Virus record (IMG/VR): IMGVR_UViG_3300024999_000051 | DNA: 64,000 bases | Source of the DNA: an uncultured virus (IMG/VR IMGVR_UViG_3300024999_000051) | Taxonomy: Duplodnaviria; Heunggongvirae; Uroviricota; Caudoviricetes | Direction: 5' to 3' (one strand) | Shown: one piece after another, positions 30,551 through 40,998 of the stretch | Layout: each line of letters begins with the position of its first letter | Numbering within the stretch: position 1 is the first letter of the stretch | Made by a program: the position numbers and the translations under genes | The notes under the pieces: model-generated | The model's input: the letters and a program-made list of their open reading frames with translations, nothing else | The model's database searches: none | Told to the model about the DNA's origin: nothing

Positions 30551-30850
30551 CTAGTTTCCCAAATATTTTACTTTTGGTATTTCAACATAAGATTCAATAA
30601 TATCCCATTTATTAAGCCTACCATCTGTTAAATTTATTTCTGACTTCCAATCATTACTATAATTTGAACGTATTCTAGAAAAATAAGTAGTACGCATTAT
30701 TTTATTATAATCATTCGTCATATAATCAAAGGCATCGGTATAATAATGAAAACTATTTACATACAAAATGTTTTCATTATTTAAACGGATTAAACAATAT
30801 ATTTTATATCGTTCTGTTTCCAATAAAATTCTCCTCTCTTTTACTTTCAA
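30551..30850 (-). CDS. hypothetical protein
   Basis: ORF in operon. Confidence 0.6.
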   Translation of the reverse strand: MKVKERRILLETERYKIYCLIRLNNENILYVNSFHYYTDAFDYMTNDYNKIMRTTYFSRIRSNYSNDWKSEINLTDGRLNKWDIIESYVEIPKVKYLGN

Positions 30851-31059
30851 ATTGATTCAAGTTTCATGTAACTTCCTTCTGGTTTAATCCAATATTTCTT
30901 CTTGTCACCATATTTTTGCTTTACTAATTCTACTGCTTCAAATAGCGTGTCTGCTTCTACTTCAACATAACAATCTAAATTACTTGGCGAACCATCCATC
31001 CAAGTATAACCAGATAATTGTGATTTCTTCATTGTTACTTTTACCATAAATATATTCAT
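30847..31059 (-). CDS. hypothetical protein
   Basis: AAGGAG RBS. Confidence 0.65.
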   Translation of the reverse strand: MNIFMVKVTMKKSQLSGYTWMDGSPSNLDCYVEVEADTLFEAVELVKQKYGDKKKYWIKPEGSYMKLESI

Positions 31060-31060
31060 A

Positions 31061-31249
31061 TTAAAACTCTCCTTTAAAATATTGTTTAGTATTTTTAACT
31101 AACTCATTAATGGTATTTAAAGTATGCGTTACAGTAAGTCTAACATTTTCATCTTTTGAATCATTCCAAATACTTTTCCATTCTGCAATATTGTTTTCGA
31201 TGTACTCTAGTTTTTCAAGAACATCCTTCTTTCGTACTAGGCCAAACAT
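31061..31249 (-). CDS. hypothetical protein
   Basis: GGAGG RBS. Confidence 0.6.
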   Translation of the reverse strand: MFGLVRKKDVLEKLEYIENNIAEWKSIWNDSKDENVRLTVTHTLNTINELVKNTKQYFKGEF

Positions 31250-31536
31250 AAAGATTCCTCCTTTTTATCAGAAACGTCTCTAATAAAGCAATCGTTGCAA
31301 CCATCAAATAATGGAATCTTTAATTCTTTTGATAATTTATAACATTGAAAAATAGCCTCATCTTTTGATAATCCAGATACTAAAATATTTAAATCTTTTC
31401 CAATTTCATCTCCGAAAGGATTGATACTATAATCTATCCTTTTACCATTTTGAGTGTTGAACGTTTCAATATACCACTTTCTATTGACTTTTTTATTGCT
31501 AGTAAGTGGTGCAAAATAATCCATTTTAAAATTCAT
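31237..31536 (-). CDS. hypothetical protein
   Basis: AGGAGG RBS. Confidence 0.65.
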   Translation of the reverse strand: MNFKMDYFAPLTSNKKVNRKWYIETFNTQNGKRIDYSINPFGDEIGKDLNILVSGLSKDEAIFQCYKLSKELKIPLFDGCNDCFIRDVSDKKEESLCLA

Positions 31537-31558
31537 TTATATACCTCCTATTAATTCA

Positions 31559-31810
31559 TCAATTCTTAATATTCCTGAAATTAACCATAACCTGATATTG
31601 TAAAGGATATCTTCTTTGCATATGACATCCTTCGCCAAAACCAATAAATTTTGAATCCATTTTACCATCTAGCACCAACTGGCAAGAAGTTGTTTTGTCT
31701 TCGTGTTTTATAAGATACTTACAATTTCCCTTTTTCTTCTTGTCAGTTCTTCTTCCTTTTGAACAAAGAGATAGTGAACAACATATCCCACAACGGGTAC
31801 AAGGTTTCAT
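31559..31810 (-). CDS. YkgJ-like cysteine-cluster protein
   Basis: CTRCGICC...CKYL...C. Confidence 0.65.
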   Translation of the reverse strand: MKPCTRCGICCSLSLCSKGRRTDKKKKGNCKYLIKHEDKTTSCQLVLDGKMDSKFIGFGEGCHMQRRYPLQYQVMVNFRNIKN

Positions 31811-31861
31811 GATTAATTCACCTCTGATTCATTATACCATAAGTTACATGTTTTCTAGGAT

Positions 31862-32485
31862 TTAATTTGGTGGAAGTAAAAGACCACTACCATCCTCATC
31901 ATATCCAAGATAATCGTTATCCCAAGGAATATAATCATAACCCTCATCTTCAATTTCTTCATCAGAAACACAATCGTCTCTGTCATAGTAATCATATTCA
32001 AAATCATCTGCAAACTCTTCCATCATTGCTTCTTGTTCGCGATCATAATCTTCATTTCTTGTAAGACTAAATCCTTCAAACCAATCATATCCAATTGAAT
32101 GTATTTTACCATTTTTGTCTAAGCATCTTAGAATATTTACTTCTGGAGCATTACCTATAATAACGTATTTTTTGGTTTTATCAAAAATAGCAGAGGTATG
32201 TTGGAATATCATTTTAGGATTATTCTTTTTGTAGTAGCGCATTAACTTGTTATATTTAGCTTTTAAGTAATCAGGGTCTAATTGTAAATGAGCAATGTCT
32301 GTTGGGAATACTCCTTTTGTTTCAATACTTTGTACTTCTGCAAGAGGGGACGCATTAATTCTTTCTTGGAGTTTTAATACTTTGACTTTCGTTGTTCCAT
32401 TATGAATGCCTGATAATGTATTTAAAACATCCCAATGATAAATTCTTCCTACTTTAATTTCATTAAGTTTGTTATTGATTTTCAT
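31862..32485 (-). CDS. hypothetical protein with acidic tail
   Basis: AAGGAG RBS; D/E/Y-rich C-terminus. Confidence 0.75.
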   Translation of the reverse strand: MKINNKLNEIKVGRIYHWDVLNTLSGIHNGTTKVKVLKLQERINASPLAEVQSIETKGVFPTDIAHLQLDPDYLKAKYNKLMRYYKKNNPKMIFQHTSAIFDKTKKYVIIGNAPEVNILRCLDKNGKIHSIGYDWFEGFSLTRNEDYDREQEAMMEEFADDFEYDYYDRDDCVSDEEIEDEGYDYIPWDNDYLGYDEDGSGLLLPPN

Positions 32486-32534
32486 ATATAAACACTCCTT
32501 TTAATTTTTATTTTTAGCAATTAAAATATCAGCT

Positions 32535-32768
32535 TTAATCTAACCAACCAAACTTTTCTCTTTTCCCCATAATTGATTCATAATTATTTAAAAAATATAA
32601 ACAAGACTCCTTACTTCCTTCAGATAATATCTCAGATGGCTTAGACAATGTTGGAGAAGTCATCATTCCAATATACTTATATTCACCATCCTTATGGTCA
32701 AAGGAATAATTCAATGGTGCTTTATGAGTCGATTTAACTACCACCCAATTTCCTGAACGTTTAGGCAT
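32535..32768 (-). CDS. hypothetical protein
   Basis: AAGGAG RBS. Confidence 0.65.
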   Translation of the reverse strand: MPKRSGNWVVVKSTHKAPLNYSFDHKDGEYKYIGMMTSPTLSKPSEILSEGSKESCLYFLNNYESIMGKREKFGWLD

Positions 32769-32795
32769 ATGTATATTTCTCCTTTTTTAACATTG

Positions 32796-33227
32796 TTATG
32801 CAGACATAACTTCATTAGCAAGAATTAAGTCGATTTGTCTATAATTCTGACTAACAATTACTTTCATCAACTCATCGTCTAACTTTGTAATCTCTGACAC
32901 TACATTTTGTTTATATTTATTTAGCCAATTAATTATCATGTCATAAATTATATCTGTTGATATATTTTCAACATTGTCCAAACTAATTCTATCGATTTGC
33001 CATCTTTTATTTATTTCTTCTCTAAATTTCCTAATGATGATTCGAGCATCAAACCCATTTTCTTTTTTACTGCACCAAATATCAAACCAAAAAGATCCAA
33101 TCTTAATTTCTTGTTTTGCACGAGTTAATGGCATGTGTCTTCCATAACTTCTCGTATAAGAATTACCATATTCCCATTGAATTTTATCATTTGAAATTAA
33201 ATATTTACCGATAATATTTTCTTGCAT
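32796..33227 (-). CDS. hypothetical protein
   Basis: GGAGG RBS. Confidence 0.7.
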   Translation of the reverse strand: MQENIIGKYLISNDKIQWEYGNSYTRSYGRHMPLTRAKQEIKIGSFWFDIWCSKKENGFDARIIIRKFREEINKRWQIDRISLDNVENISTDIIYDMIINWLNKYKQNVVSEITKLDDELMKVIVSQNYRQIDLILANEVMSA

Positions 33228-33310
33228 AATATGTATTCCTCCCAATTAATTATATTTACCTTATTAACAATAGTGTATCATAATCAATAAATAAAATCAA
33301 TAGAAAATAG

Positions 33311-33339
33311 AAAAGACAGAGAATTTATTTTTCTCTGTC
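33311..33339 (-). terminator. intrinsic terminator
   Basis: GACAGAGAA/TTCTCTGTC stem, U tract on minus strand. Confidence 0.65.
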
Positions 33340-33346
33340 GTAATAA

Positions 33347-33592
33347 TTAAACATACATCCTTGGCTCTGTGGTACTCCAATATTCAGTACCACCTTGTCT
33401 CATATTTTTAAATTTCTTATCTATCGTTTTAGTGTAACCTATAGAACTACATGGTGTTTTTATGTCATCTTTCTGAATATAAAGTTTTTCGATTTCTTCG
33501 GGAGACAATGTATAAGTTTTTACTTCACTTTTTTGAATATTGTTCCAGTTATTCCTTTTGTTAAAAATATTAAACATCATTATGACACTCAT
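33347..33592 (-). CDS. hypothetical protein
   Basis: VKTYTLSPEEI motif; AAGGA RBS. Confidence 0.6.
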   Translation of the reverse strand: MSVIMMFNIFNKRNNWNNIQKSEVKTYTLSPEEIEKLYIQKDDIKTPCSSIGYTKTIDKKFKNMRQGGTEYWSTTEPRMYV

Positions 33593-33600
33593 TTCCTTTC

Positions 33601-33843
33601 TTAATCACGATATTCTTTCTTCATTTGAATAAAATCATCAGGGTTAACAACCTCTTGCCTATCACTAAATCTTAAATCATATCCTTTACTTTGCAATTTA
33701 GAAAACTGTTTCATGGCAGATTTAAGATCGTCTGATAAATGAAAAGAATATCCTTCGTTCTCGACAATAACAAGCAATCCTTTTTCTAAATTACCATCAA
33801 TTCCATATCCTTCAGCATAGTTAATTATCGCTATTTTACCCAT
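33601..33843 (-). CDS. hypothetical protein
   Basis: AAGGAGG RBS. Confidence 0.65.
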   Translation of the reverse strand: MGKIAIINYAEGYGIDGNLEKGLLVIVENEGYSFHLSDDLKSAMKQFSKLQSKGYDLRFSDRQEVVNPDDFIQMKKEYRD

Positions 33844-33942
33844 ATGACATATAACCTCCTTAATTATATTTTGCTTCTCATGACTCCATAGAGGGATTTA
33901 AACCTGTCAGAATAGGCTTAAATCCTCTTAGGATTTATGTTA

Positions 33943-34215
33943 TTAACATTCAACTATTTCAAATTCAACTAAAGCAATCTCATTTGTGTTTATTAACACA
34001 TCTTTGCCTGATGAAACTTTAAGAGATATAGTTCCTATTAATTCATCTTTATAAATACTTTCGATCAGTTCTTTAAGTTGTTCTGCTCCTTGTTCTGCCT
34101 CTTCCTTTGTTAATGCTTGTGGTGTAAAATTTGTATATTTCCTCTCTTTGCCACTTTTTAGAACAATACTAATAATTAATAAATATGGTTTCATGTTAAT
34201 TTCCTTCTTTCTCAA
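33943..34215 (-). CDS. hypothetical protein
   Basis: ORF; likely start MKPY. Confidence 0.6.
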   Translation of the reverse strand: MRKKEINMKPYLLIISIVLKSGKERKYTNFTPQALTKEEAEQGAEQLKELIESIYKDELIGTISLKVSSGKDVLINTNEIALVEFEIVEC

Positions 34216-34245
34216 TTTTAAAATTAATCCAATGAACGAGTGAAT

Positions 34246-34446
34246 TTATCGTACTCCTCGTCTTGATTTCCAATTTTCTAAACAAATATACCTTTTTTCA
34301 TCTGGTAGTTCATATTTATTGTCTTTAATTTTTTTAGCTTTCAAATGATTTAACGCATAATTTTCAAATATTTCAAAATCTGAAATGTAAAACCCTTCTC
34401 CTAAATATTCATTACTTTTTATACTATAAAAATGAACTGCTAACAT
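34246..34446 (-). CDS. hypothetical protein
   Basis: AAGGAG RBS. Confidence 0.6.
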   Translation of the reverse strand: MLAVHFYSIKSNEYLGEGFYISDFEIFENYALNHLKAKKIKDNKYELPDEKRYICLENWKSRRGVR

Positions 34447-34491
34447 TTTACATCATTTCTCCTTCTCAATTTTAATATATTTCATGACTTT

Positions 34492-35217
34492 TTAAGCTGA
34501 AATTCCATCTCTGATTCCTCTAAATAATTTCCAAAAATCTGATCTATCTTTTTTGGATTTTGTTCTTAACGCATAATAGTTTTCTATTAAATTACCCCTT
34601 CTGTCATAAGCCTGATTATCAATGTATAAACTAGTATCACCAAAATCTTTTACTGCTGTTTCGTAAATTGAAAGTTGATCTGCACCAAAATTCGTTAATA
34701 AATTTTCTTCATGATATTCATCCCAATCTGATATTAATTCATCCATTTCATCTTGCCAAAGTTTATCATCCAATGCCTTGCTATTACCAACTAAATGTAA
34801 ATATATTACTTCAAAATTGTACTTCATATAATTAAGTTTTTCAAGTGTACTGATATTTACATAATTGTTTTTCACATAGCGTTCTGACCAATACGATCCA
34901 TCAACAAACATAACATTTTCAGAACCATTAAAGAAGTTTTTGTAAAATATTCTGCCATTCAAATATGAGCCATCTGTACAGATTTGAAGTTTGTTTAATA
35001 GTTTAGTATCTCCAAGGATTTTATTAAACAATTTCTTGTCTGCTTCACTTACGCTGTTGTTTTTGATAAATGACAAGATTCTTTTGACCATTTGCTTCTT
35101 AGAAAGTTTAAAGCAGTTCTTTTGCAAAAATGATACTTTTTCTTCATTTGTTAAATTTCTACCCATTCCTGTTTTGTCCCCAATTGCAGGCACTAAATTC
35201 TTTTTCATTATGTACAC
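34492..35217 (-). CDS. hypothetical protein
   Basis: 241 aa, AAGGAG RBS. Confidence 0.75.
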   Translation of the reverse strand: MYIMKKNLVPAIGDKTGMGRNLTNEEKVSFLQKNCFKLSKKQMVKRILSFIKNNSVSEADKKLFNKILGDTKLLNKLQICTDGSYLNGRIFYKNFFNGSENVMFVDGSYWSERYVKNNYVNISTLEKLNYMKYNFEVIYLHLVGNSKALDDKLWQDEMDELISDWDEYHEENLLTNFGADQLSIYETAVKDFGDTSLYIDNQAYDRRGNLIENYYALRTKSKKDRSDFWKLFRGIRDGISA

Positions 35218-35234
35218 ACTCCTTTTTATTTAAT

Positions 35235-35441
35235 TTATCGTCCTATAAGATAACTAAAAATCTTTTCTAATCTCACTTCAATGTTAGCCTGTTGTCTTTC
35301 TGTTAATCCATATTGTTCTCTTAATATGTCACTAACATATGGTTTTTCAAGTTCAATAAAAGCAGGATCATGAATTATATCAGATATAAATTTAATAGCT
35401 TCTTCTGGTTTAAGGTTTGGTATAATAAATTCACACTCCAT
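35235..35441 (-). CDS. hypothetical protein
   Basis: ORF. Confidence 0.55.
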   Translation of the reverse strand: MECEFIIPNLKPEEAIKFISDIIHDPAFIELEKPYVSDILREQYGLTERQQANIEVRLEKIFSYLIGR

Positions 35442-35671
35442 TCAATGTTATATTTTATTCCATATCCATAATTAATTCAGGCATATTTACATAGATTCTT
35501 TCTAGTGCATCATCCCAATTTATATTATTAGAAGGATTAAAGATAATCCCTCTAATAATATTTTGCAGTGATTCATCTTTAATTTGTTTCAAAACTTCTT
35601 TGCTTAATAACATTTGAATTTCTTGTTTTTCCATTTTTAAAAACTCCTCTCAAATTTCAATTAATAGTATT

Positions 35672-36565
35672 TTAAAATAGTTTTTCTTTTTTCTTTTTTA
35701 GAATCACAGGTTTTGCACTAGGAATAGTAATTACATTAGATTCTTCGGGAAACTCTTTATTAAAACAATCATTGCAAACATCTCTGATATTAGATTCATC
35801 ATAATAACTTATCCAATTATTACACTCAACACAATAAAAGAAGTTGCTCACAAAATCATAATTACTGTAAATATTTTTCTTTTCAATATACTCAAATGGT
35901 TCATTAGGTAACTGGTCTAACATAATCCTAACCCTTTCAATTACATCATTGAGTTCATTGATGTTTAAATACTCTTCCTTTGTATGAGCGTTATAATAAC
36001 CTGTTGAAAGGTTTACTCCGGCAATTCCCCACTCAGGACAAATTACAGATATATCTGAAAAAGATCCATAATTTTCAATAAAACCAAATTTCTCAATATA
36101 GTCTACAAAATCTGGATTATCGCAACGATAAAATACTGCATCATTTGAACCTTTTCTATCAAACTCAATAAGCATATTGACAGGAGGAATTTCTTTAATT
36201 TCTTCAATTACTTTATATGCCCCCAAACCTCCTACTTCTTCTTGAGTTGTGAATATTATATATGGCTTTTGTTCTGCTGTTATAAGTTGCAGTATGGCCC
36301 ATACTCCTGCTCTGTCATCAGCACCTATACCTTGTGGACTCCATATAACGTTCTGTTTTTGATCATGGAAGATATGAGTAGGTAACGATAAATGAACTGT
36401 GTCTAGGTGTGCCACAAGCATTACAGGAATATTCCCTTCAGCATAAATATAATCTTTTGTCTTTGTGATATTTTTATATCCATATTCTTTAGAAGATAAT
36501 AATCTAGATAGATATTTGAGAAGTTTCTTTTCTGACATCTTAAATAGTTTTTCTAAGTTTTCCAT
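35672..36565 (-). CDS. M28/M20-clan Zn peptidase with C-terminal Zn ribbon
   Basis: AHLDTVH, GADDRAG, EEVGGLG, DRKG, SDIS, NLSTGYYNAHT. Confidence 0.9.
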   Translation of the reverse strand: MENLEKLFKMSEKKLLKYLSRLLSSKEYGYKNITKTKDYIYAEGNIPVMLVAHLDTVHLSLPTHIFHDQKQNVIWSPQGIGADDRAGVWAILQLITAEQKPYIIFTTQEEVGGLGAYKVIEEIKEIPPVNMLIEFDRKGSNDAVFYRCDNPDFVDYIEKFGFIENYGSFSDISVICPEWGIAGVNLSTGYYNAHTKEEYLNINELNDVIERVRIMLDQLPNEPFEYIEKKNIYSNYDFVSNFFYCVECNNWISYYDESNIRDVCNDCFNKEFPEESNVITIPSAKPVILKKKKEKLF

Positions 36566-37944
36566 TATGCTGACATCTCCTCTTCAATATCTATTTTATC
36601 ATAACATGTTACACAGTAACTATAACCATCATAGTCCAATTTGTTATGACTTTTAACATATATTCCACAATCTTCGCATTTAATATAATATCTTCCTAGA
36701 CAACTATTACAAACAAAATTCTCATTTAACATTACTCCATTTGATATTCTTTCCCAATCTCCACATTCCTTGCACCGAACAAAGTTTTGTTCCCAACAGG
36801 AATTGCAGTAATTATTTCTATTGTGATAGTGACTTTCATCTTCACCATGATACAATATTTTACCACAATCTGCACAAATGTGAAAAGCACCTCGACATTT
36901 TTTACAAAGCAATTCATCTGATGTATCTAAATTTTTATCCCCACAAACAGGACAAACTGGAATATTACCAACAATTATATTAGGATTACTACCTCCTTCT
37001 ACCATTTTTAGTCGCACATATTCTCTCTCAATGTTATTTAAGATATCATTATAATGAAAAGGATTGTTGATATCTTCCATCATGGCAAAAATTCTATTTC
37101 TATTTTTTGTTATAGTATATTTATCTCCTATTCCTACAAAGTTTGAAAATTGATTGCCCATTAATTCTCTAGCAACTTTTGCTGCATTTTCATTATCACT
37201 AGGATATTGTCTTGAAAAAATGGCTGATAAAGTATTAATGTCGATATAAACAACTTGCCTCCATTTTTTGGTATTATGCATGAACTTTATATCGTTAAAA
37301 TCATATTCAACATCATTTTCTGACTTTACATATGCAATTACAGAACAACTGTCTGTCATATATGAAAGCATACCTGTTCTGTATTCTCCTGATGGCCTAT
37401 GACATGATCTCCAATCACTTTTATTTAACGACATTGTAAGATAATCTAAAGGATCTATAGACATGACTAAAATTCCTTCAAATTTTAATTGTTGTAAGAA
37501 CATTGAAAACTTAATAGAAAAATATTCTCGTAGAGTTTTTGTCTTTCCGTTTATTTGAGTATAGTCAGGAATATCATCAATAAGACTGGTAAGATATTTT
37601 GATAATTTTTAATTTTTTATGTAATTTCTTATATTTAATCTATCCTTTAGACATTTATTGCTTTTTAACTCTTCTGCTGTTAAATCCCTCAATAAATCAT
37701 CAAAGGAGCAAGATGTATAATGATCATTTTCTGATATAAAACTTCTGAACAGTTGACGAATATAATCATCTGATAATGATCCTGAAAATTTTCTTTCAAT
37801 AGTTAAAGAATCATTAAAAAGTTCAAATATGTCTTTTTTATTTTTTGCCCACTGAGAAATTAAAGGGTTAATATTTACCTGTTCTTTCCCAGTAAAAGCA
37901 CGAAACATTGTTTCAATTTTCTCTTGATTGATTGCATTTAACAT
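36565..37944 (-). pseudogene. conserved phage protein with tandem CxxC repeats, interrupted by in-frame TAA at 37609-37611
   Basis: ORFs 37609..37944 and 36565..37503 share a frame with 35 open codons between; SIDPLDYLTMS...WRSCH...SYMTD core. Confidence 0.75.
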
Positions 37945-38023
37945 TTAAACACACTCTCCTCTTTTTATACATTAATTTTATTTTTGGTATACAGTACAAG
38001 CAATTCTTCCTTTCTTGGGATAA

Positions 38024-38227
38024 TCAATACTTCTTTTTAACAAATAATTCACTTGCAAGTCTAACAACCTCTTCATTCGTCAAGAAAATAGTAATAGTTT
38101 TCTTACTTATAGAATCATATTGCTTTAATGATATCCCACCTTTTAGGATTTTAGCAAAAGTACAATCCTTATCTGAGTTTTCAATTTCTCCTTCAAGTAC
38201 GATATAATTTTCATTCATATGTATCAC
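38024..38227 (-). CDS. hypothetical protein
   Basis: AAGGAG RBS. Confidence 0.6.
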   Translation of the reverse strand: MIHMNENYIVLEGEIENSDKDCTFAKILKGGISLKQYDSISKKTITIFLTNEEVVRLASELFVKKKY

Positions 38228-38538
38228 TCCTTCGATATTTATTTCTTGGTTACATTATATTCGAAATTGTGATAAATTACAATAGATTTTGTGGTAAATA
38301 TAAAAATAAAGTTGCAATAAATACGGCTTGTTGTTATACAAGAATTGAGGTTTTAGATTAACCATTCCAATCTGAACATTCATTAATATTGAATATAAAT
38401 TTAAGTTTATGCCCTTTGGTGCAGGATTTATATTCTACATGATCACAGCATAAATTAAGGCAACACCAACAAGAATGTTTGATTTCCATTTTAATCATCC
38501 TTCCTATCTACCAAATAAAAATAACATTTCATGGTAAA

Positions 38539-38781
38539 TTACTCCCAACTAATATTGTTAATTTGTTCAATTAATTGAAGTTTTAAACTTTTTAATTCCA
38601 TTTCAACTTCTTTAGTTACAATATTGATTATGTCTGGATTACCTTTGACGATATCATTCTCTAGAATTTTCCTTTTTGATTCAATTAGACTATTGAACTT
38701 TTCTAGATTAGTCCCAATACCTATTAAATTTTTATCCTCAGTTGAAAAACTGAAATATGCTGTCCACACCATATGTATCAC
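38539..38781 (-). CDS. hypothetical protein
   Basis: AGGAG RBS. Confidence 0.6.
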   Translation of the reverse strand: MIHMVWTAYFSFSTEDKNLIGIGTNLEKFNSLIESKRKILENDIVKGNPDIINIVTKEVEMELKSLKLQLIEQINNISWE

Positions 38782-38792
38782 GCTCCTAATTC

Positions 38793-39233
38793 TTAAAATG
38801 ATATTTGATCAATCAATGAATGTAGTGTATTTTTACATGTTATAAGTTTTTCATTAGCATCTTTTTCAAACATTAATGTCATTTTCTCATTAAAATGAAT
38901 ATTGTTTTCAAATGATTTGAGTGCTTTAGTAAAATCTTGTGTATATAATTCTACTTCCAATAACTTATATTTAATTTGTTGAAGTATTGATTGCTCTTTT
39001 GATATATAAAGTATAGATTCTAATATTTTTTTCTGTTCATTGATATCCTTAGAAATAAACTGAATTATCTTGTTCAGAACATTATCATCTATTGTTTTAT
39101 AATCTCCTTTCTCTAATTTAGTGACATATGCATTAGACCTTCCAATTTCAGTAGCAATATCCGTGGCAGTAACGTTTTTAGACAACCGGAAATCTTTTAA
39201 TAATTGACAGTTCTTAATGTTTAAATTAATCAT
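38793..39233 (-). CDS. XRE HTH transcriptional regulator
   Basis: LKDFRLSKNVTATDIATEIGRSNAYVTKLEKG. Confidence 0.85.
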   Translation of the reverse strand: MINLNIKNCQLLKDFRLSKNVTATDIATEIGRSNAYVTKLEKGDYKTIDDNVLNKIIQFISKDINEQKKILESILYISKEQSILQQIKYKLLEVELYTQDFTKALKSFENNIHFNEKMTLMFEKDANEKLITCKNTLHSLIDQISF

Positions 39234-39359
39234 AATATGTATACCTCCAATAATTCATTATTTTTTAATCAATGCTCCCATATAAACCCACAATGCCATA
39301 GCCATGACTGTTATACATCCTACTGTTATAGCGACATGGGCTTAAATCACTAGCATAGA

Positions 39360-39551
39360 TTAAACTGTATCTAAATATTTTCTAATCCGTTCATGTCCTT
39401 TATTGATTGTTATACAATCTTCATGAACTATACAATTTACTCCAATGTTTTCAAGTATATCCTCAATATAGTTGGCTTTAGATTTATTAGTACATTGACA
39501 ATAACCTTGAACATATAAATTAGATAGCATTAAAACTGTATTGTTTGACAT
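39360..39551 (-). CDS. hypothetical protein
   Basis: AAGGA RBS. Confidence 0.55.
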   Translation of the reverse strand: MSNNTVLMLSNLYVQGYCQCTNKSKANYIEDILENIGVNCIVHEDCITINKGHERIRKYLDTV

Positions 39552-39584
39552 CTAAACCATTCCTTTCTTTGCTCTAAATAAAAT

Positions 39585-39833
39585 TTACTTTTCCTCTGAT
39601 TCAATAGACCACATATCATAGTTTAAACTTTCCAAAACTGTATCCCTCAGTAAATAATGCTTATATCCATTTATATTGATGTATAAAAGGTCTTTTACTT
39701 CGTCCTTTGATGGATTATCCAATATTGTACTAGTCCATTTAATTTCACCTTTATCTGAGACTGCTTTCATTTCTTGGTTTTTCCATAGAATTTGAATTAC
39801 CTCAAATAAATTTAAATTAGTTAAATATTTCAT
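39585..39833 (-). CDS. hypothetical protein
   Basis: AAGGGTG RBS. Confidence 0.6.
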   Translation of the reverse strand: MKYLTNLNLFEVIQILWKNQEMKAVSDKGEIKWTSTILDNPSKDEVKDLLYININGYKHYLLRDTVLESLNYDMWSIESEEK

Positions 39834-40058
39834 AATTAATCACCCTTTCTAATTCAAACTTGCTTTCATTCGGTTTCGATTAAGACATAACTTTCATCTT
39901 CAATACAAATATCTTCAACTGTTACCAATTTGCCATTTAACATAATTAATACTTCAATTGATAAACTGTCAGCCTCTTCGCACATTTCGTTAACCTTTTT
40001 CCGTAATTCTCTTAAATCCATTTTAAAAACTCCTTTCCGTTAAGTTAATAGTTTGATC

Positions 40059-40508
40059 CTAGACATAAAATCCATGAACGGCATATTCACCTAACTTTAA
40101 CTTTGCTTTCTCCTTGGCATACTCATGAACATCTTCTACATTATCAAAACTTACTGCATAAGTAAAATCTGATCCAACTGGGCAACCATCCCCTTCAACA
40201 CATTTACCATAAATATAATCACCATAGCAATTATCTGTTAGTAAACTAATCATATACCTGTATGATTTACCAAAATCATTTCCGAATAATATCTTGCATT
40301 CTTCATACGAAAAAGGTTCTTCAATAAATACATTGCCATTATCAATAGTAACACAATATTCATTATCATCTAAAGGGAGAACGCATTCTAATTTGTTCTC
40401 TATGATTGCAATATCTCCTACTACAATATCTTGGAATATATTAAAAGACGAATCATGGTTTTTCCAATTGATATCTTTAACATTCACAATAGGTAACTTA
40501 ATTGACAT
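40059..40508 (-). CDS. hypothetical acidic protein
   Basis: 149 aa, AAGGA RBS. Confidence 0.7.
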   Translation of the reverse strand: MSIKLPIVNVKDINWKNHDSSFNIFQDIVVGDIAIIENKLECVLPLDDNEYCVTIDNGNVFIEEPFSYEECKILFGNDFGKSYRYMISLLTDNCYGDYIYGKCVEGDGCPVGSDFTYAVSFDNVEDVHEYAKEKAKLKLGEYAVHGFYV

Positions 40509-40615
40509 TTCTAATTCCTTCTTTCACTTAAATTTAAGCCCATTACAAGGGCTTTAGCATAAATACCTCTGTAACATTTTTAGCGTGTTGTTATATTAAA
40601 TCTGACATATACAAA

Positions 40616-40882
40616 TTATACACTAATTAGTACATTAATTCCAATCTTTTCAACTTGTTTATCAGTAAATAAGTATTCTAGAACTTTCCTTCTATTCTTG
40701 CCATAAGTAAACAGATGCGTCTTAATGAACGCCTTCTGTCCTCTCTTGACTACATAATCTTTCGCTCTCCATCCTTCAAAGGTATTGAGGTTATTGCCAT
40801 TATAATGAAATCCTTTCATTAATGCTTCTTGGGCAATTATTTCTTGATTAGCTTTTTGAATATTGATACTAGTAATTAACAT
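40616..40882 (-). CDS. ArdC-N-like ssDNA-binding domain protein
   Basis: TFxGWxxxxYxVKRGQKA...LFTxxQV. Confidence 0.7.
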   Translation of the reverse strand: MLITSINIQKANQEIIAQEALMKGFHYNGNNLNTFEGWRAKDYVVKRGQKAFIKTHLFTYGKNRRKVLEYLFTDKQVEKIGINVLISV

Positions 40883-40998
40883 TTATACAATCCTCCTTAA
40901 TATTTTGATTAACTTATATCCCTTAATTTTTACATGGCATAATATAGTCTGTTATAAATTATATTCGCATTATACCATGTATCCATAAGTTATACAAA

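Noticed and set aside
30451..37611. TAA stop-codon reassignment
   Set aside because: Most genes here end in TAA; only two internal cases, with different contexts
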